A stretch of 64,000 nt of DNA from Eledone cirrhosa (GCA_964016885.1 OZ024748.1:1674001-1738000), one strand, 5' to 3'; positions 28,687-42,885 are shown, counted from the stretch's first letter. The notes: generated by a model not told the origin, from the sequence alone. Numbers and translations: made by a program.

Positions 28687-29138
28687 TTATTAAAATAACA
28701 GATTAAAGTTTAAGCAAAGAATCGCTGTTGTCACCCTTAACGGGATCTTCTGAAACTAACAAAGTCAATCTGTAAACGCAGAAGTGGATATTTCAAAATT
28801 ATCTTCGTTTTTCCCGTTCATTGCCAGAGAACATCTCTATGAACCACCTAAGAGAACATTAGTCTACGACTTCTTTTATACCATAAATGTGGTTCTGTCT
28901 TTGCGTGTAATTGTTTTTCACTGCTCCTATTAATGACGTATTATATTCGTTTTTTCCCGTTCTTTGCCAGGGAACGTTTCCACGAACCAAAGTATCATCT
29001 TCCTGTCTTCCTCCGGTTGCAACGTTCTTTGAAATATTCACTTCTGCGTTTACACATTGACTTTGTTAGTTTCAGAAGATCCCGTTAAGGGTGAAAGCAG
29101 CGATTCTTTGCTTAAACTTTAATCTGTTATTTTAATAA
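28687..29138. mobile_element. Fold-back element (~111-bp inverted arms, ~230-bp spacer) with a degenerate hammerhead-like core
   Basis: Arms 28687-28798 and 29028-29138; cagaaga-tccc gttaa gggt-gaaa; (TA)n on both sides. Confidence 0.7.
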
Positions 29139-29668
29139 GTAATATATATGTATATATATATATATATAAAGGAATTTTAAGAACACCTGTTAAAAACTTG
29201 TCTGCGATTTTATTGTCATTGTTCAGTCAACTGGAATGAAAACTATCATGCTAATCTAGTTATATTACAAACTTTTACCTCTGATCCACACATATATACA
29301 TGACCTTCACAATTTTTCAATGAGATACTACTGAATAGCCATAATTTAGCATTTAATCTTACTTTGGCTGGGTGGTCACTTGTGCGTGTTAAATGTTAAA
29401 TATATAAGTATCTATAGAGAGATTGGGAGTTACCAGTTTAGAAAGGTGAGACCATGTTCAGCTAAATACTTGATACTTGGGACAGTAGAGTGTATGTATT
29501 GTGGGCACTAACTATTTACAATATATATATATATATGCTAGCGTGGAAGATAGACGTTAAATGATGACGATGATGATATATATATAAGTAGTTCAGGTGC
29601 AAATGAATTGCGTTCACAGGCAGTATGCCAAGACGAACACATTTGGACATGTGTCTACATGTGAGAGC

Positions 29669-29760
29669 ACATATCTGAGGAGCTCCCGATTTCAGAGTCA
29701 GGATCAAACATTAATCAATCATTCCTCGAGCTGATCGGCAGTGAAACATATGTAATATGT
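29669..29760 (+). ncRNA. Type I hammerhead ribozyme, long stem II (same family as 11066)
   Basis: acatat-CTGAGGA-gctcccgat...atcggcagt-GAAA-catatg-TA-atatgt; 6-bp stem I, palindrome ACATATGT. Confidence 0.8.
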
Positions 29761-31467
29761 AATCAAATATGTATATGATGCAATACTAGTTCTTTGTTCC
29801 CATTTATTATTATATATGTATATATATAAATTCTTTGTACTTGTTATAAAGATACTTTTTTTTATATATATACCAGGTGCATTTTTCAAACCCCCATTTT
29901 TTTTATTATCGTTTTCCTTATATAGCATGATTTGTATATAAGGTTTTCTAACTTCCACACTTTTCTTCCCTATATATATATAATATAATGCTTTGTGGTG
30001 TTCATTCCAGTTGAGTGCTTTGAGTTCAAACCCTGCCATAGGATTTGTCTTTTATCTTTTCAAGGTTGATAAATAAAGTACCTGTCAAGTACTGAATTCG
30101 ATTCGTCCTCTGTTTTTCACATCCTATCTCTTTCTCTGGAAGAATTTGGCTGTGTTTAAACCCTGATATCTTTATGACCCCATCAGAACTTAAGGATCTA
30201 TGGATTTTCTGATTTTTTTCTGGATAACAGAAAACTAGATCTGAAAGCTGTAGCTGAAACATTGTAAGGTTATCGGATAACTTGGGCACATTTAAAAAAA
30301 CATCTTTTAAAATCCTTAAATATTTTCCAAATTTGTGTTGTTTAAATTCCTTTTTGTAACAGTTTATGCTCTGCTTTATCTTTACTGAGGCATAGGGATA
30401 ATATTATACAGGAGACCCTTTGAAGACTGGTTGGTAACCGATGACTAACAATTAAAACTGTTTGCTATAACTACAATTTTATATGCTTTGCTGTGGTGAA
30501 ATTGTATAGAAATGGGCAACAAATTCTTTTGTCCTCTTTATACACAGAAAAAAAACACAAGTAATTGCCTTCTGTCTACAAAGAGCAGAACAGAATGTTT
30601 TTCAAATCTGTTTAGATTTTCACTGTGAAGCTTATAAACTGTAGTTACATCTTCATTGAATTTATCTTAAATTTTCTAATTTACAGTATGTTGTGCATAA
30701 ATATCTATTTAATTATTATATATATAATTATTATATATACTCATGTATAAGTTGTAATATATGTCACATCTCCATTTTACATCAGTTTTTCAATGTTGGT
30801 ATGTGTTTTATTGGTCATTACAAACCAAGTCAGTACTTAATCAGAACTATTGCTCCTCCTAGTTAGGTTGAGAGCTACGTCTCATGTTCAAGTTTTGGCA
30901 TGGTTTCTACAGCTGGATGCCCTTCCTAACATCAGCTGCTTTTATCATGGTGCCAACATTTGAGAAGTTGTCATGTCCTTGACTTGGCTCCAGAGTCTTC
31001 TCAACCTTTACAATGCCCTATCATCATCATCATGACCATTTAACATCCATTTTTCCATGCTTGCATGGGTTAGAGAGGTTGTCCACATTGGAAGACAAGT
31101 CTGGCCAGAGTTGGCCATGCCGTACCTTGCTCCGACAAGGACAGTAAATTTGGCCAGAGATTTTACAGGTGGATGCCCTTCCTAACACCAACCACATTTC
31201 CAGTGTGGCCTATATAGCTTGAATTAACATTTTGTAGATCCCATATATATGTTTTGTACCTGTTTTTCACATCATATTTTCGTGGAAAACGGTGTGACTT
31301 CTGCATGAGTTTATATGCTAATTATAAACAGAATTTACTAATTTTCTGAAAAAATTAAAACTTTGTTCATTCTATTATATGAAACATGTTTAGTTTTGTT
31401 TTATAAATGTCATTTTTTTTCCATAGCTGATGTGCTGCTTTCTATATTTTCTTCTCATTCTATCCAG

Positions 31468-31561
31468 GCTGGTTTACAGGCAAACAGTAAGAAACAAGCA
31501 AGCAATGGTGATTTCCTAAATGATTCTTCACACAGAAATCATTCCCCACCAAAACCTCTCT
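31468..31561 (+). CDS. GULP1: GULP1/CED-6 exon
   Basis: cag|AGLQANSKKQ...HSPPKPL t|gtaagt; phase-compatible with both neighbours. Confidence 0.7.
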
Positions 31562-31694
31562 GTAAGTAATCTTATCTTTCACGCGACATGCTAAATTTGT
31601 CAATTCACTACCTGTTATGTAGATAATTGTATGGAATCTTACCCTCATTTTCAACGTATATATATATATATATATATGTATATTTATATATATT

Positions 31695-31725
<31 letters not shown>

Positions 31726-31851
31726 TTATATATATATGTATATTTATATATATATTTATAAATATATATATATATGTGTATTTATATATAAATATATATA
31801 TGTATATGTATGTATGCATATTTATTTATATTTATTTACTTGTTTCACCAG

Positions 31852-31926
31852 TACAACCTCCTCCTCCCGGAAAAGCTAGATCCTCATCAAGTCCAAATCC
31901 TAGACAAGTCACATCAACACCTCCAG
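31852..31926 (+). CDS. GULP1: GULP1/CED-6 exon (proline-rich)
   Basis: cag|..[24 protein letters not shown] g|gt, phase 1-1. Confidence 0.75.
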
Positions 31927-32155
31927 GTATAGTATATCTCTCTCTTTGTAATTTATTTCAAGAGCTCCTGAGTGTTGTAAGAAGTGACTAAAAAGGTTAG
32001 AATCAGGAATGGCAGCTGGCTGTTTTGTGCCTGTTTTTCACATCATATTTTCATGGAAAATGGTGACTTATACATGAGTTTATATGCTAATTATAAACAG
32101 AATTTACTAATTTTCTGAAAAAAAAAAAAATTATAATTTTCTTTTCTACTCTTAG

Positions 32156-32313
32156 CTGTTGTGAACCCCTTAATTGCGGATAGTGGTGCCAGCTCTAACT
32201 CTGATCCATTTGGTATGGGAGACTTTAACCCTTTTTCCACTCTGAATACAAAATCTAACCAAGACCTTGATATGGCCATCAGTAATGCTGACAAAGAATT
32301 ACTTGACCTCCAG
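32156..32313 (+). CDS. GULP1: GULP1/CED-6 exon
   Basis: DPF and NPF endocytic motifs; ...ADKELLDLQ|gtaagt. Confidence 0.85.
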
Positions 32314-33249
32314 GTAAGTTATATTATTTTACAAAAATCAATTCAGTTCCATTCCCCATCGTTGTATTGTCATTTTAAGCCATCTAGTTTTAGTCTGTTG
32401 ATTAATTTCTGTTGTATCTAAAATTAAAACCTAACAGATGTAAATTCTAAAAGTACACGGAAAAAGATGTAGATTTAAATGAATGTCACAAATGCAGAAA
32501 ATGATAACAAGTCAGTCACTATAAACAATAGTTGAGAAGATTTCGTAAAATACTACTAATAATAAAATGTAATAATAATTGTTTCTACTTTTGGCACAAG
32601 GCCAGCAATTACTCAGTGTATTACTGGTACTTTATTTTATCGACCCCGTAAGGATGAAAGGCAAAGTTAACCTTGGCGGGATTTGAACTCAGAATGGCAA
32701 GGGCTGTAACTCAATGCGGTAAAGCATGGCGTCTGGCCCTCTACCTATACTGCCAAAATAATAATTAATTATTAACTATTTTGACAGGTTGTCCTGTTGT
32801 GGGCAGTGTCCAGTCGGGTGACCTTGTCTTGCTCATACGGGAACTGATACTGGCTTGATTTCTACAGCTGGATGCCCTTCCTAACACCAACCTCATTTAC
32901 AATGAATGCTGGGTGCTTTTTTTCTGTGGCACCTACATGTCCACTTTGCAGTGGAATGATAGGGACCCCAGTCCCTATCATCTGATTTCTACAGCTGAGT
33001 AAATGTGAAATAAAGTGTCTTGCTCAAGGAAACAATATATATATATATATACACACACGTTTTATGTATTTCCGTAGAAAAGGTAAAGGAAAAAAGAAGA
33101 GTGCTCCATGTATAGTACAGAGCTATTTAATTACATAATAAACAACACAATATAATTATTCCATTACCCAAGGTTTCAGGAAACCAGACAATTCTAACAG
33201 AAACGTCCAGTACGCTCATCAGAAGAAATATCTATATTACCAACATAGA

Positions 33250-33323
33250 TATTTCATCTGATGAACAAAACAGATGTTTCTGTTAGAATTGTCTGGTTTC
33301 CTGAAACCTTGGGTAATGGAATA
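33250..33323 (+). ncRNA. Type I hammerhead-like motif in right arm of fold-back 33125-33352 (mirror copy on - strand)
   Basis: tatttcat-CTGATGA-[38 nt]-GAAA-ccttggg-TA-atggaata; 8-bp stem I with one GU; base of stem II decayed. Confidence 0.68.
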
Positions 33324-33508
33324 CTTATATTGTATTTATTATATAATTAAATATATATATATACACACACACTCATCATCATCACTTAACGTCCATCTAA
33401 CCCATGCTAGCATGGGTTAGATGGTTTTGTTCCATTTGATGTGCTCACATGGAAGCGTCTCTGGCAGGTTTTTTTTACAGCTGGATGCCCTTCCTAACAC
33501 CAACCACA

Positions 33509-33718
33509 TTTACAGTGTGGACTGGGAGCCTTTTCACCATGTCTCCTACACAACCACCTTACAGTGTGGACTGGGAGCCTTTTCACCATGTCTCCTACAC
33601 AACCACCTTACAGTGTGGACTGGGAGCCTTTTCACCATGTCTCCTACACAACCACCTTACAGTGTGGACTGGGAGCCTTTTCACCATGTCTCCTACACGA
33701 CCACCTTACAGTGTGGAC
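33509..33718 (-). repeat. 49-bp minisatellite (~4 copies) inside an RTE/SINE tail
   Basis: ttacagtgtggactgggagccttttcaccatgtctcctacacaaccacc repeated. Confidence 0.9.
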
Positions 33719-33851
33719 TGTTGTGTCATCGACACAGTGGACGGAACGAGAGAGGGACGGTGGGGTAGGGTGGGGTAGGGTGTGGCATGAATGTGTTGCA
33801 TGTTGATTGTCTAGATTGTTTTATCTAATGTTCCCTTTTCCTTTCTTTCAG

Positions 33852-33932
33852 ACTGGATTTAGTCAAGGATTATGTTTTGGTGCCGAAGATTTCTCACTGG
33901 ATGATCTGGATCCTCTCAATCAAAAACCTTAA
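33852..33932 (+). CDS. GULP1: GULP1/CED-6 last coding exon
   Basis: cag|TGFSQGLCFGAEDFSLDDLDPLNQKP*; AATAAA at ~33968 and ~33999. Confidence 0.88.
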   Translation, partial: TGFSQGLCFGAEDFSLDDLDPLNQKP

Positions 33933-35759
33933 TGAAGTACTCGTTAAACATTTTAGCATAACTATTCAATAAAACATAATGAAAAACAAATAACAAACAA
34001 TAAAGACGAAATATAACAACATACAAACTCTGTAATGTAACATTTTTTATAAAAAAGAAAAGAAAAAAAAAAGACACACAGCCATGTCTCCTTTTCCATT
34101 TATACTTATTTCTTGTGAACTTTTCTTGACAAAATAAGATACATTTCTTCTCATATGTTCAACATAATATTTATGACTTATACGTATATTAGAACACCCT
34201 AAAAAACGGTTTAGTTTCTACTGCTCTTTAATCAAAACATGTTAACCATGTTTCATAAACATGATGGTGTTGTATTTCCTTGAATCTTGTTTTCTAAGTA
34301 GAATACTTAATTCTAGTTTATGTTGCTAATTCAGTTAGATTTAGATACCATATTTCTTGGATAAATACAAACAAAACAAGAAAAATCAACATTATTAATG
34401 GGCCAAAATTGCACTAAAGGATTGTACATTCTAGTTGAAACTTAGCTATGATAAGGAATTAAATCTTTATTGTGTATAATTCTTTAGGGAGTTTAAAGCC
34501 ACCAGTTATGTGCCTTTGTTCTAAAATGTATATTGCTTTAGAAACAGCAACTAAGGGTGAAAAAAGTATCAAACAAGATGTGTTAGAGACCTAGAGCAAG
34601 TTTCTCAACACTTGATGGGGTCATGCCAATATATTAGCACTAGAATAGTGTTGTGTTAAATATAGGTTCTTACCACCTTTGTTGGTTGGTGTCCTTAACA
34701 ACAGTTATATTGTTTCATCTTTATCCCATTACCATTTACATTACTCTATATATACTATTGTATTTTCAAGGTAAACACTTTATCTCACATAATATCGAAT
34801 CTACGAGATTTTGATATTATTTATTTTGAGAACAATACGTTAACATAAGTATGAGCAGCCAGTTATGACCAGTTTGAACAGAAAGATGTGAGAGAATTTT
34901 GGCCAGATACAGCTGGTTTAAATGCTAAAGGGTTAAGATTCCTGTGGGAGTACAACTGTACTGATTATCATACACCAAAGAAAGATTAATGTATAATAAA
35001 ACAAATAAATTTCTTTATTCTTTAACCAAATCAACATTGTTGTTCAGAAGCTTGAAGTTATCAAAGTTTGTATCTTCTGTTGCCAAGAAATGATGTCTTA
35101 TATTGTGATGTATCTTTTCTCCTGGGACTATTTTTTTCTTCATCAGTTTTGGAAATATTTGGGAAACAGGACATAAATGTAAATATGAACTGTAAATGGC
35201 CAATAGTTTATAACTTTCATAAAAATGAGGATTACTTAAATGATGAGGGTTTGTCTTAAGTTGCTACAGAAGTATTTTATCTCTAACTATACATTTCCAT
35301 CTTAGTCATTCTCCAATGTTAATAAATTCTATTTTCAACCTCATATCATAGACTTGAGTCTCATTTCATGAAATGTTCTTATGCGTTATTACATAAATGT
35401 TCTTCATTACAGTGTATTTTTGAGCCTCATCACACGATGTACTTGAACCACATTACACAATTTTCTTGAACCTTGTTATATGTTCTTGAGTCTCACTACG
35501 TTTTTGAGCCTCATTTCGTGATCCTCTTAAACCTCATTACATGATGTTCTTCCATAAATATCCTCATCATCATCACCATTTAACATCCATTTTCCACACT
35601 AGCATGGGTTATACGGGTTGTTCCTATTTGAGGCAAGTCAGGTCAGGTGACTGTGTCTTGCTCATATAGAACTATTTCTGGCCAGGTTTCTGTGGCTGGA
35701 TGCCCTTTCTAAAGCTGACCAAATTTACAATGTGGGCTGGGTGCTTATGTATATATGTA

Positions 35760-36285
35760 CACAGAAGTTGTCAGTGAAGTGAGTGTAGGAAATTAATTTA
35801 GCGAGGAATTCAAGGTTCAGTTCTTAGCCCACTGCTGTTCATCATAGTTCTTCAGACATAACAAAGCATACCCATGGGACTTTCTCTATGCAGATGATTT
35901 GGTCCTTATAACTGAAACCAACAAAGGGCTAGAAAATAAATCCCGATTATGGAAATGAAATTTGAATCAAAAAGTCAGAGTAAAAAAAGTACTAGTGAGT
36001 AGGAGAGGAAATAGGACCCATATTCCCCCAGGGAAGTGGCCATGTTCAATATGCAGAAAAAGGAGTAGGCATGAACTCTATACAATGTAAATCTTGGATA
36101 CACAAAAATGTAATGAGATAACAGTAGACTAACAAGAAAGGAAAACTTTACTTGTAGAAGATGCACAGGAGAAATGTAGAGGAAGTGTGCTAATGATATA
36201 AACCTTTTCCAGTCACAGGAAGGATCCAGATGTGGTTGATAGCTTCTGCTATCTAGGTGAGCTAATTAGCAGCGGAAGAGACTAA
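35760..36285 (+). mobile_element. Degenerate RTE reverse-transcriptase fragment
   Basis: QGS.LSPLLF, LYADDLVL and VVDSFCYLG remnants with frameshifts. Confidence 0.7.
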
Positions 36286-36289
36286 AGAA

Positions 36290-37620
36290 TAAAATTGGAG
36301 CTCTCACAGTCTTATCCGGCCCTCGCAATTTGGATTTATCCCCAACTCCAGCTGCTGTGATCAACTTATAGAGTTTCTTGAGGACATCACCCGGATCACT
36401 GATGGCGGCTCATGGGTGGATGTTGTTTACCTTGACTTTGCAAAGGCCTTCAATTCTGTGCCACACAAAAGGCTTATGGCAAAACTCTCTGCAATGGGTG
36501 TGAAGGATGATCTTTTTAACTGGTTGAAGTCCTTCATTCTCAGTCGAAGAGAGGTAGTCACGGTTCTGGGACAGCATTCCTCACCATATGAGATGTCATC
36601 TGGTGTACCACAGGGATCTGTTCTTGGCCCCCTTTTGTTTGTGGCATATATTAATGACATAGATGCCAACTTAAGGAATGCCACAGTACTAAAGTACGCA
36701 GACGACATCAAGCTGTACCTTGAGATAAAAAGGACAGATCCTGAACACTAAACACTAGATCTTGCTTGCAGTCTGACCTGGACACAATGCAACAGTGGAT
36801 CTCAGACTGGCAACTCAAGCTAGCTGTGGACAAGTGCACCACCATGCATTTTGGGAGTAAAAACCCAGCGTCCACATACTCCCTCCACAGCACTAATATC
36901 AAGAAGTCTTCCTGTGAACGTGACCTGGGCATTACGGTCAGCAGCGATTTGCGTTGGACGAGGCACGTCTCTAAAATTGTCAAGAGGGCCGAGGGTGTCT
37001 TAGCATCACTCAGCAAGACCTTTGTCAGCCGCTCTCCAGATATCTATTTAAGGCTGTATACAGCTATGGTGCGACCACACTTAGAATTTGCATCACCAGT
37101 CTGGAACCCCTATCTTGCTCAGGACATTGACCGCCTGGAAACTGTTCAGAGACGTGCAACCAAGCGAATACCCTCCATCAGGCATCTACCATACTCTGAG
37201 CGCCTTGCTTCCCTGGGCATGGATTCATTGAAGCTCCACCGCCTGGCAACTGACTTGGTAAACACCCACACAATTGTTAACCATGTTGCCAACAACAACC
37301 CTGAGTACCTTTTTGATTTCCATGTCTAACACACGTGGACATGCCCACAAAGTAAGAAAACAGCACAGTTCCCATGACTTTCGGAAACATTTTTTCACGC
37401 TCAGAGTTGCTGAAGCATGGAACAAACTACCTGCATCAGTTGTTAGCTGTCGAGACACTGCATCCTTTAAGGCCTCCATGCTTCCCGAGATCCGCCAACA
37501 CTACAGCTAACACATACACACATGTACTTCCCTGACATTTGTGAATTATTCTATGTACTATATTGACGAGTTGTAGTGCACCTGAGCACTTTACACAATA
37601 ATTTCATTATTATATTATTA
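36290..37620 (+). mobile_element. 5'-truncated CR1-clade LINE (RT to 3' tail)
   Basis: DVVYLDFAKAF, SGVPQGSVLGPLLF, YADD, VRPHLEFASPVWNP, LETVQRRATK, WNKLP; stops and frameshifts; (att)n tail. Confidence 0.93.
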
Positions 37621-39341
37621 TTTAAAATAAAAAACGAGATTTTCAATAGCAATTAGTGAAAAAACAAGGGAGACAACTTCTCCATTTTTTTCCCCTTGCA
37701 TTTGCAGCAGTCATTCATTTCGGGAAGAGTGCCTCTACTTCTTTACTGGTACTTACCGTATATATTATTATACCACTTCCCAGATAATGCTACATTAAAA
37801 ACCGCCCAACAAAACTTTAATCCAAAATATAGTGCATTGCAAATGCTGTACGTAAAACAAACCTACTGGAAAGCAGCTGATACTTCAAGCAACAAAAATC
37901 AGATTAATGAAGACTTGGGAGAGGGGTTTACACTGGCCCTCGCAATCTTCAGCTTGCCAGGTAACAAAACCTGATTAATGAAGAATTAGGACAGAGATTT
38001 ACACTGGCCCTGGTTATCTTCAACTTGTTAACAAAACCTGATTAATGAAGACTTGAGAGAGGGCTTTACTAAAACTGAGATGGCATTTGTAACAAATGTT
38101 CTTCGATAAAATTAAGTTGGACAGTTTTAATTTAAATAGGAACACTTTACAATGAGTGACAAAGACAGCTTTGAGTCAGTTGGTATCAAAAAGGTTAGTG
38201 ACATTTTTTTAATTACTTTTATCAATTTCCTTGTATCCTTGGAAGTGTTATAGGAAGAACTGTCATTCTGTGGAGAGTTGGAAGGTCTGTATTGTTGTGA
38301 TACCATTTAACACCTTGGTTGCTGTGCACTATGGGTTCATTTTTAGTTGAATAATATTGATTTCTAATTCAGGCACAAGGCCTTTGGGAGAAGGGCAAGG
38401 GAGATTAAGTGAACCCCAGCATTTAACTGGTACTTTATTTTATCAAATCCAGGACGAAAGGCAAGGTTGACCTCAGTGCAATTTCAAACCAGAATGTAGA
38501 GGGCTGTATAGAAGTACTGCAATGCATTTCATGCTAACAATTCTTTCAATTCACCCTTTAATCATGCCCCTACATCCCCACCCTAAATCAACTTCTCCAG
38601 CCCACACTGAAAAGTGGTCATGTAAGTGTTATGACAAAATGCGCCCAGGCTACTCTGTCGTGGTCATGTGAGACAAATCAGCTCAAGTGACCATGTCTTG
38701 TTCATACAGACTTATCATCATCATCATCATTTTACGTCCACTTTTCCCTGCTTGCAAGGGTGGGACGGGAACTGATTCTGGCTTGACTTCTACAGCTGGA
38801 TGCCCTTCCTAACACCAACCTCATTTACAGTGAGTGCTTTTTTTCCGTGGCACCTACACGACCACTTTACATTGGAGTGATATGGACCCCAGTCCCTATC
38901 ATCTCATTTCTACAGCTGAGTAAACTGGAGCAATGTGAAATAAAGTGTCTTGCTCAAGGAAACAACACATCACACGGTCTGAGAATTGAACTCACAACCT
39001 TTCAATTGCAAGGCCAATGCTCTAACCACTAAGCCATGTGCCTCCATTAATGTATATATATATATACTTCGTTTTTTAATTTGTTAGCAGCATGACCTTC
39101 CCAAAGTATAACAATATATATATATACGTGTGTGTATGTTAAGTATTTCCGTAGAAAAGGTAAAGGAAAAAAAGAGTGCTCTATGTATTGTACAGAGCAA
39201 TTTTTCAATAGATATTTTCAAAATTTATATCCAAAACATAATTATTTTGTCTGATAACTGAACCAGATGTTTCTTGCAAGAAACATCTAGTTTCTTGGAA
39301 CCTTTGATGATGAAATAATTATGTGTTGTTTATTATGTAAT

Positions 39342-39375
<34 letters not shown>

Positions 39376-39754
39376 CACACACAATGTGATTGGGGTGTAT
39401 ATAATTAATACTTATTGGATGCAACCTTGTAGGTTGTCAGCAAAACCTACATAGGTGTGAGCTGTAACAACAGACATTTTTCTATGATAAATAGAATATA
39501 TAATGAATGTATGCATGGACCTGTAACTCCTGAAGGAGTTATAGTGGCACCATATAGAAATATAGCATTTCTAGGGCATTTTTAAACCTGGCTGAGCCCA
39601 TCTCCTCTCTAGGTCTGAATGTAGCAGATTTCTTTCAGAGATGGATAGAACGTAAGAGAATGGAAGTGAGAAAGAGGAAGAATTGACTCCAGTAATTGAC
39701 TAGTTTAATGCAATTCATACAACATAGTAACTTTAACACTGCAATAAGAAAATT

Positions 39755-39991
<237 letters not shown>

Positions 39992-40302
39992 CTATGATTG
40001 ATATTATATTTTCAAGGTAATCACACATAATATCGAATCAATGAGATTTTGATATTATTTATTTTCAGAATAATACCCTTAACAGCTGTATCTGGCCAGA
40101 ATTCTCTCACCTCTTTCTGTTCAAACTGGCTGTAACCAGCCACTCATAGTGATGTTAAGTTATTGTTCTCAAAATAAATAATATCAAAATCTCATAGATT
40201 TGATATTATGTGAGATAAAGCATTTACCATCTAAATACAATAGTAAATATAGAGTAAAGTAAATGCTAAAGGGTTAAATTTCCAGTAAACAAGGTCCAAT
40301 TA

Positions 40303-40452
<150 letters not shown>

Positions 40453-40851
40453 CTACCAATGGAGAAAAAGACTGCCATCATCATGATCCCTACCAACATC
40501 ATCATTATCAACACTACCACAATTATTATCGCTACAAACACCAAAACCATCATCACCACATCTCATGGTTAATACAGATATTTAGAGGTATTTCATTATC
40601 CCAGTGTCCAATTCAAGGGTAGTCAGGTGCTGTTATCAAGAACACTTTGTGCTGGCCCCCCACCAAATAATAAACAGTACATGTCTAAAACCCTGAAATT
40701 AAAGAAGCAACTCCATCTAAATGATAGAGATTTGAAGTAATTGATAAAATATACAAATCTAATACATTTATTTTTTCCGCCAACCACAAATCACGGCAAT
40801 TAAACAATTGGAAATGCCAGAACAAGAAACCAAGTTATATCTTCAAAATTG

Positions 40852-41026
40852 CTGTATTTCCCGACGTCAAAGAAGCTACCTTTTTCCTAAAATAAGACTC
40901 AAAAATCTACCATGTGTTGTGGAAGCTGAAGGTTGCATTTTTCATTATTTTTTTCCAAATTTTTTGTTGTCAAAATTAGGGTGCGTCCTTGAGTACAAAG
41001 AGTCTTCGGCGCCGGGAAATATGGTA
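40852..41026. mobile_element. pogo/Tigger-like MITE
   Basis: Imperfect TIRs ctgtatttcccgacgtc / ggcgccgggaaatatgg. Confidence 0.55.
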
Positions 41027-41255
41027 GATGTTTTCTTTGAGTGGTTTTAACTCCATTACTTGCATTTGGCCAAAACGCTTCCAACAAGCTATAAATGACT
41101 TATTTGTGTCGTTTTGCGGAGATATGAATTTATTCCCAAATTTGGCATTCTGGGGGCACTGTGCACCACCATTGTCGTTACTACTATCACAACTATCATT
41201 GTCAAATGTGGTGTCATAACAACGAAGTGCTGAGAACAGCAATAAATAAACTTAC

Positions 41256-41407
41256 CTGATCTTCATTGAGAATAGGGCAGTTGTAGTCAGAATCCCAACC
41301 ATCAAAGAAGGAATTGGTTTTGGCCAGTTCACCAACACTGACAAAATTCAGGCCACATCTATCAGCTAATTCAGAAGCAAGTGTAGATTTGCCAGTACCA
41401 GGGGTAC
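41256..41407 (-). CDS. AK6: Adenylate kinase 6 exon 2
   Basis: P-loop GTPGTGKST ... DGWDSDYNCPILNEDQ|gtaagt. Confidence 0.95.
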
Positions 41408-42885
41408 CTACATAACAATAACAACAACAATAATAATTGTTTCTGATTTAGGCACAAGGCCAACAATTTTGGAGTGAGGGAAAAGTCGATTAAATCGACC
41501 CCAGTGCGTAACTGGTACTTTATTTTAACGCCCTTGTAAGGATGAAAAGTATAGCTAACCTCGATAGGATTTAAAATTAGAACGTAAAGGGCTGTAACAA
41601 GCGAAGCATGGTGTTCGACGCTCTACCGATACTGCCAATCCACCACACACAACAATAATAAATAAAGCATCTTGAAGTGGATGACTTAAGAAGCATTGGT
41701 ACAATTTGAAATGTGTGCATCACAACACATAAAAATTAATCTCTGATTTAGGCACAGGGCCACTAAATTTGGGAGAAGAGCAAAGTTGATTAAATCGACT
41801 CCAGTACTTGATTGGTACTTTAGTTGGACTCGGTGGGATTCGAACTCAGAACAAATACTGCAATGGCATGTTATCCGACACTACAAATTCTGCTCATCTA
41901 TATAAAGATTAAAATGCGTTCTGAGTACCGTATTTTGTAATTTACGTAGTTAAAATTAATGATTAGTTAGCTGATTGAAATGTGTCTAGTAGGATACGAA
42001 ACTAAATAAAAACAATGTCCGAGACATGGTAAATTTCCTTTTATTTTTCGTGTACCATTAACGAAATATTGCCCCATTTAAAAGTTACGACATGAACACA
42101 ACACATAGGGACAAGATATTCACAACCGACCCCTCAGTATGTAGTTTGGTAACCCTACCAATGTCGTCAATAGTTGACTAGTATATATGTATCCCTCTAT
42201 TTCGGAGAAAAAGATAGAACACATAAATAACGAATTAAAATCACTTAATTTTATATTAATTTCTGAAATGCTGTTAGACACTGAAGATTAAATGTTAATA
42301 ATACGAGAAATGTATCTGCTTTGAGAACCGCTTTAAGCTGAACGCCGTGAGGAAAATTCAAGATATATCTTTGAAACAGTAAAATAATAACATTCAATTT
42401 CCATATTTTAACATATTTTCAGGATCTTTTACACAGTAACTTTACTCTTCGACACATACTGATTCTTAAGGTAGTGAAGAATTAGTATTATATACACGTT
42501 ACTAAATATAGGAGCGACTACAAGGCAACAAAAATATGCTTGAAAAGGTCACATCAAGAAACAAGAATTTTTTTGAATACCTATCGTGGTTATCATCGGT
42601 TGATAAACATTGAGGTAGCAGTTGTGACACGGTAGATGATTTCAAACACCCTCACCTGAGAATCGAAACAGAAACTTACCTGGTATGATATCAAACATAA
42701 ATATAAAAACATTAAACGTAATCGTTATATCTGAGAGAATGTCTCGATCTTTAGATATAAACATCTAATTAGCTAGGCAGAAAAGAATAAATTCATAATG
42801 CTGAAGAAAGCCCAATCAATTGGGATGAGACTTTTTGAAGTTGAGTAAAGACAAAATAATTAAATATCTACTATAAATCACTAAC

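Noticed and set aside
42674-42690. acttacctgg resembling the U1 snRNA 5' end
   Set aside because: Only 10 nt match; it is simply a consensus donor (cag|gtaagt) on the minus strand in AK6 intron 1
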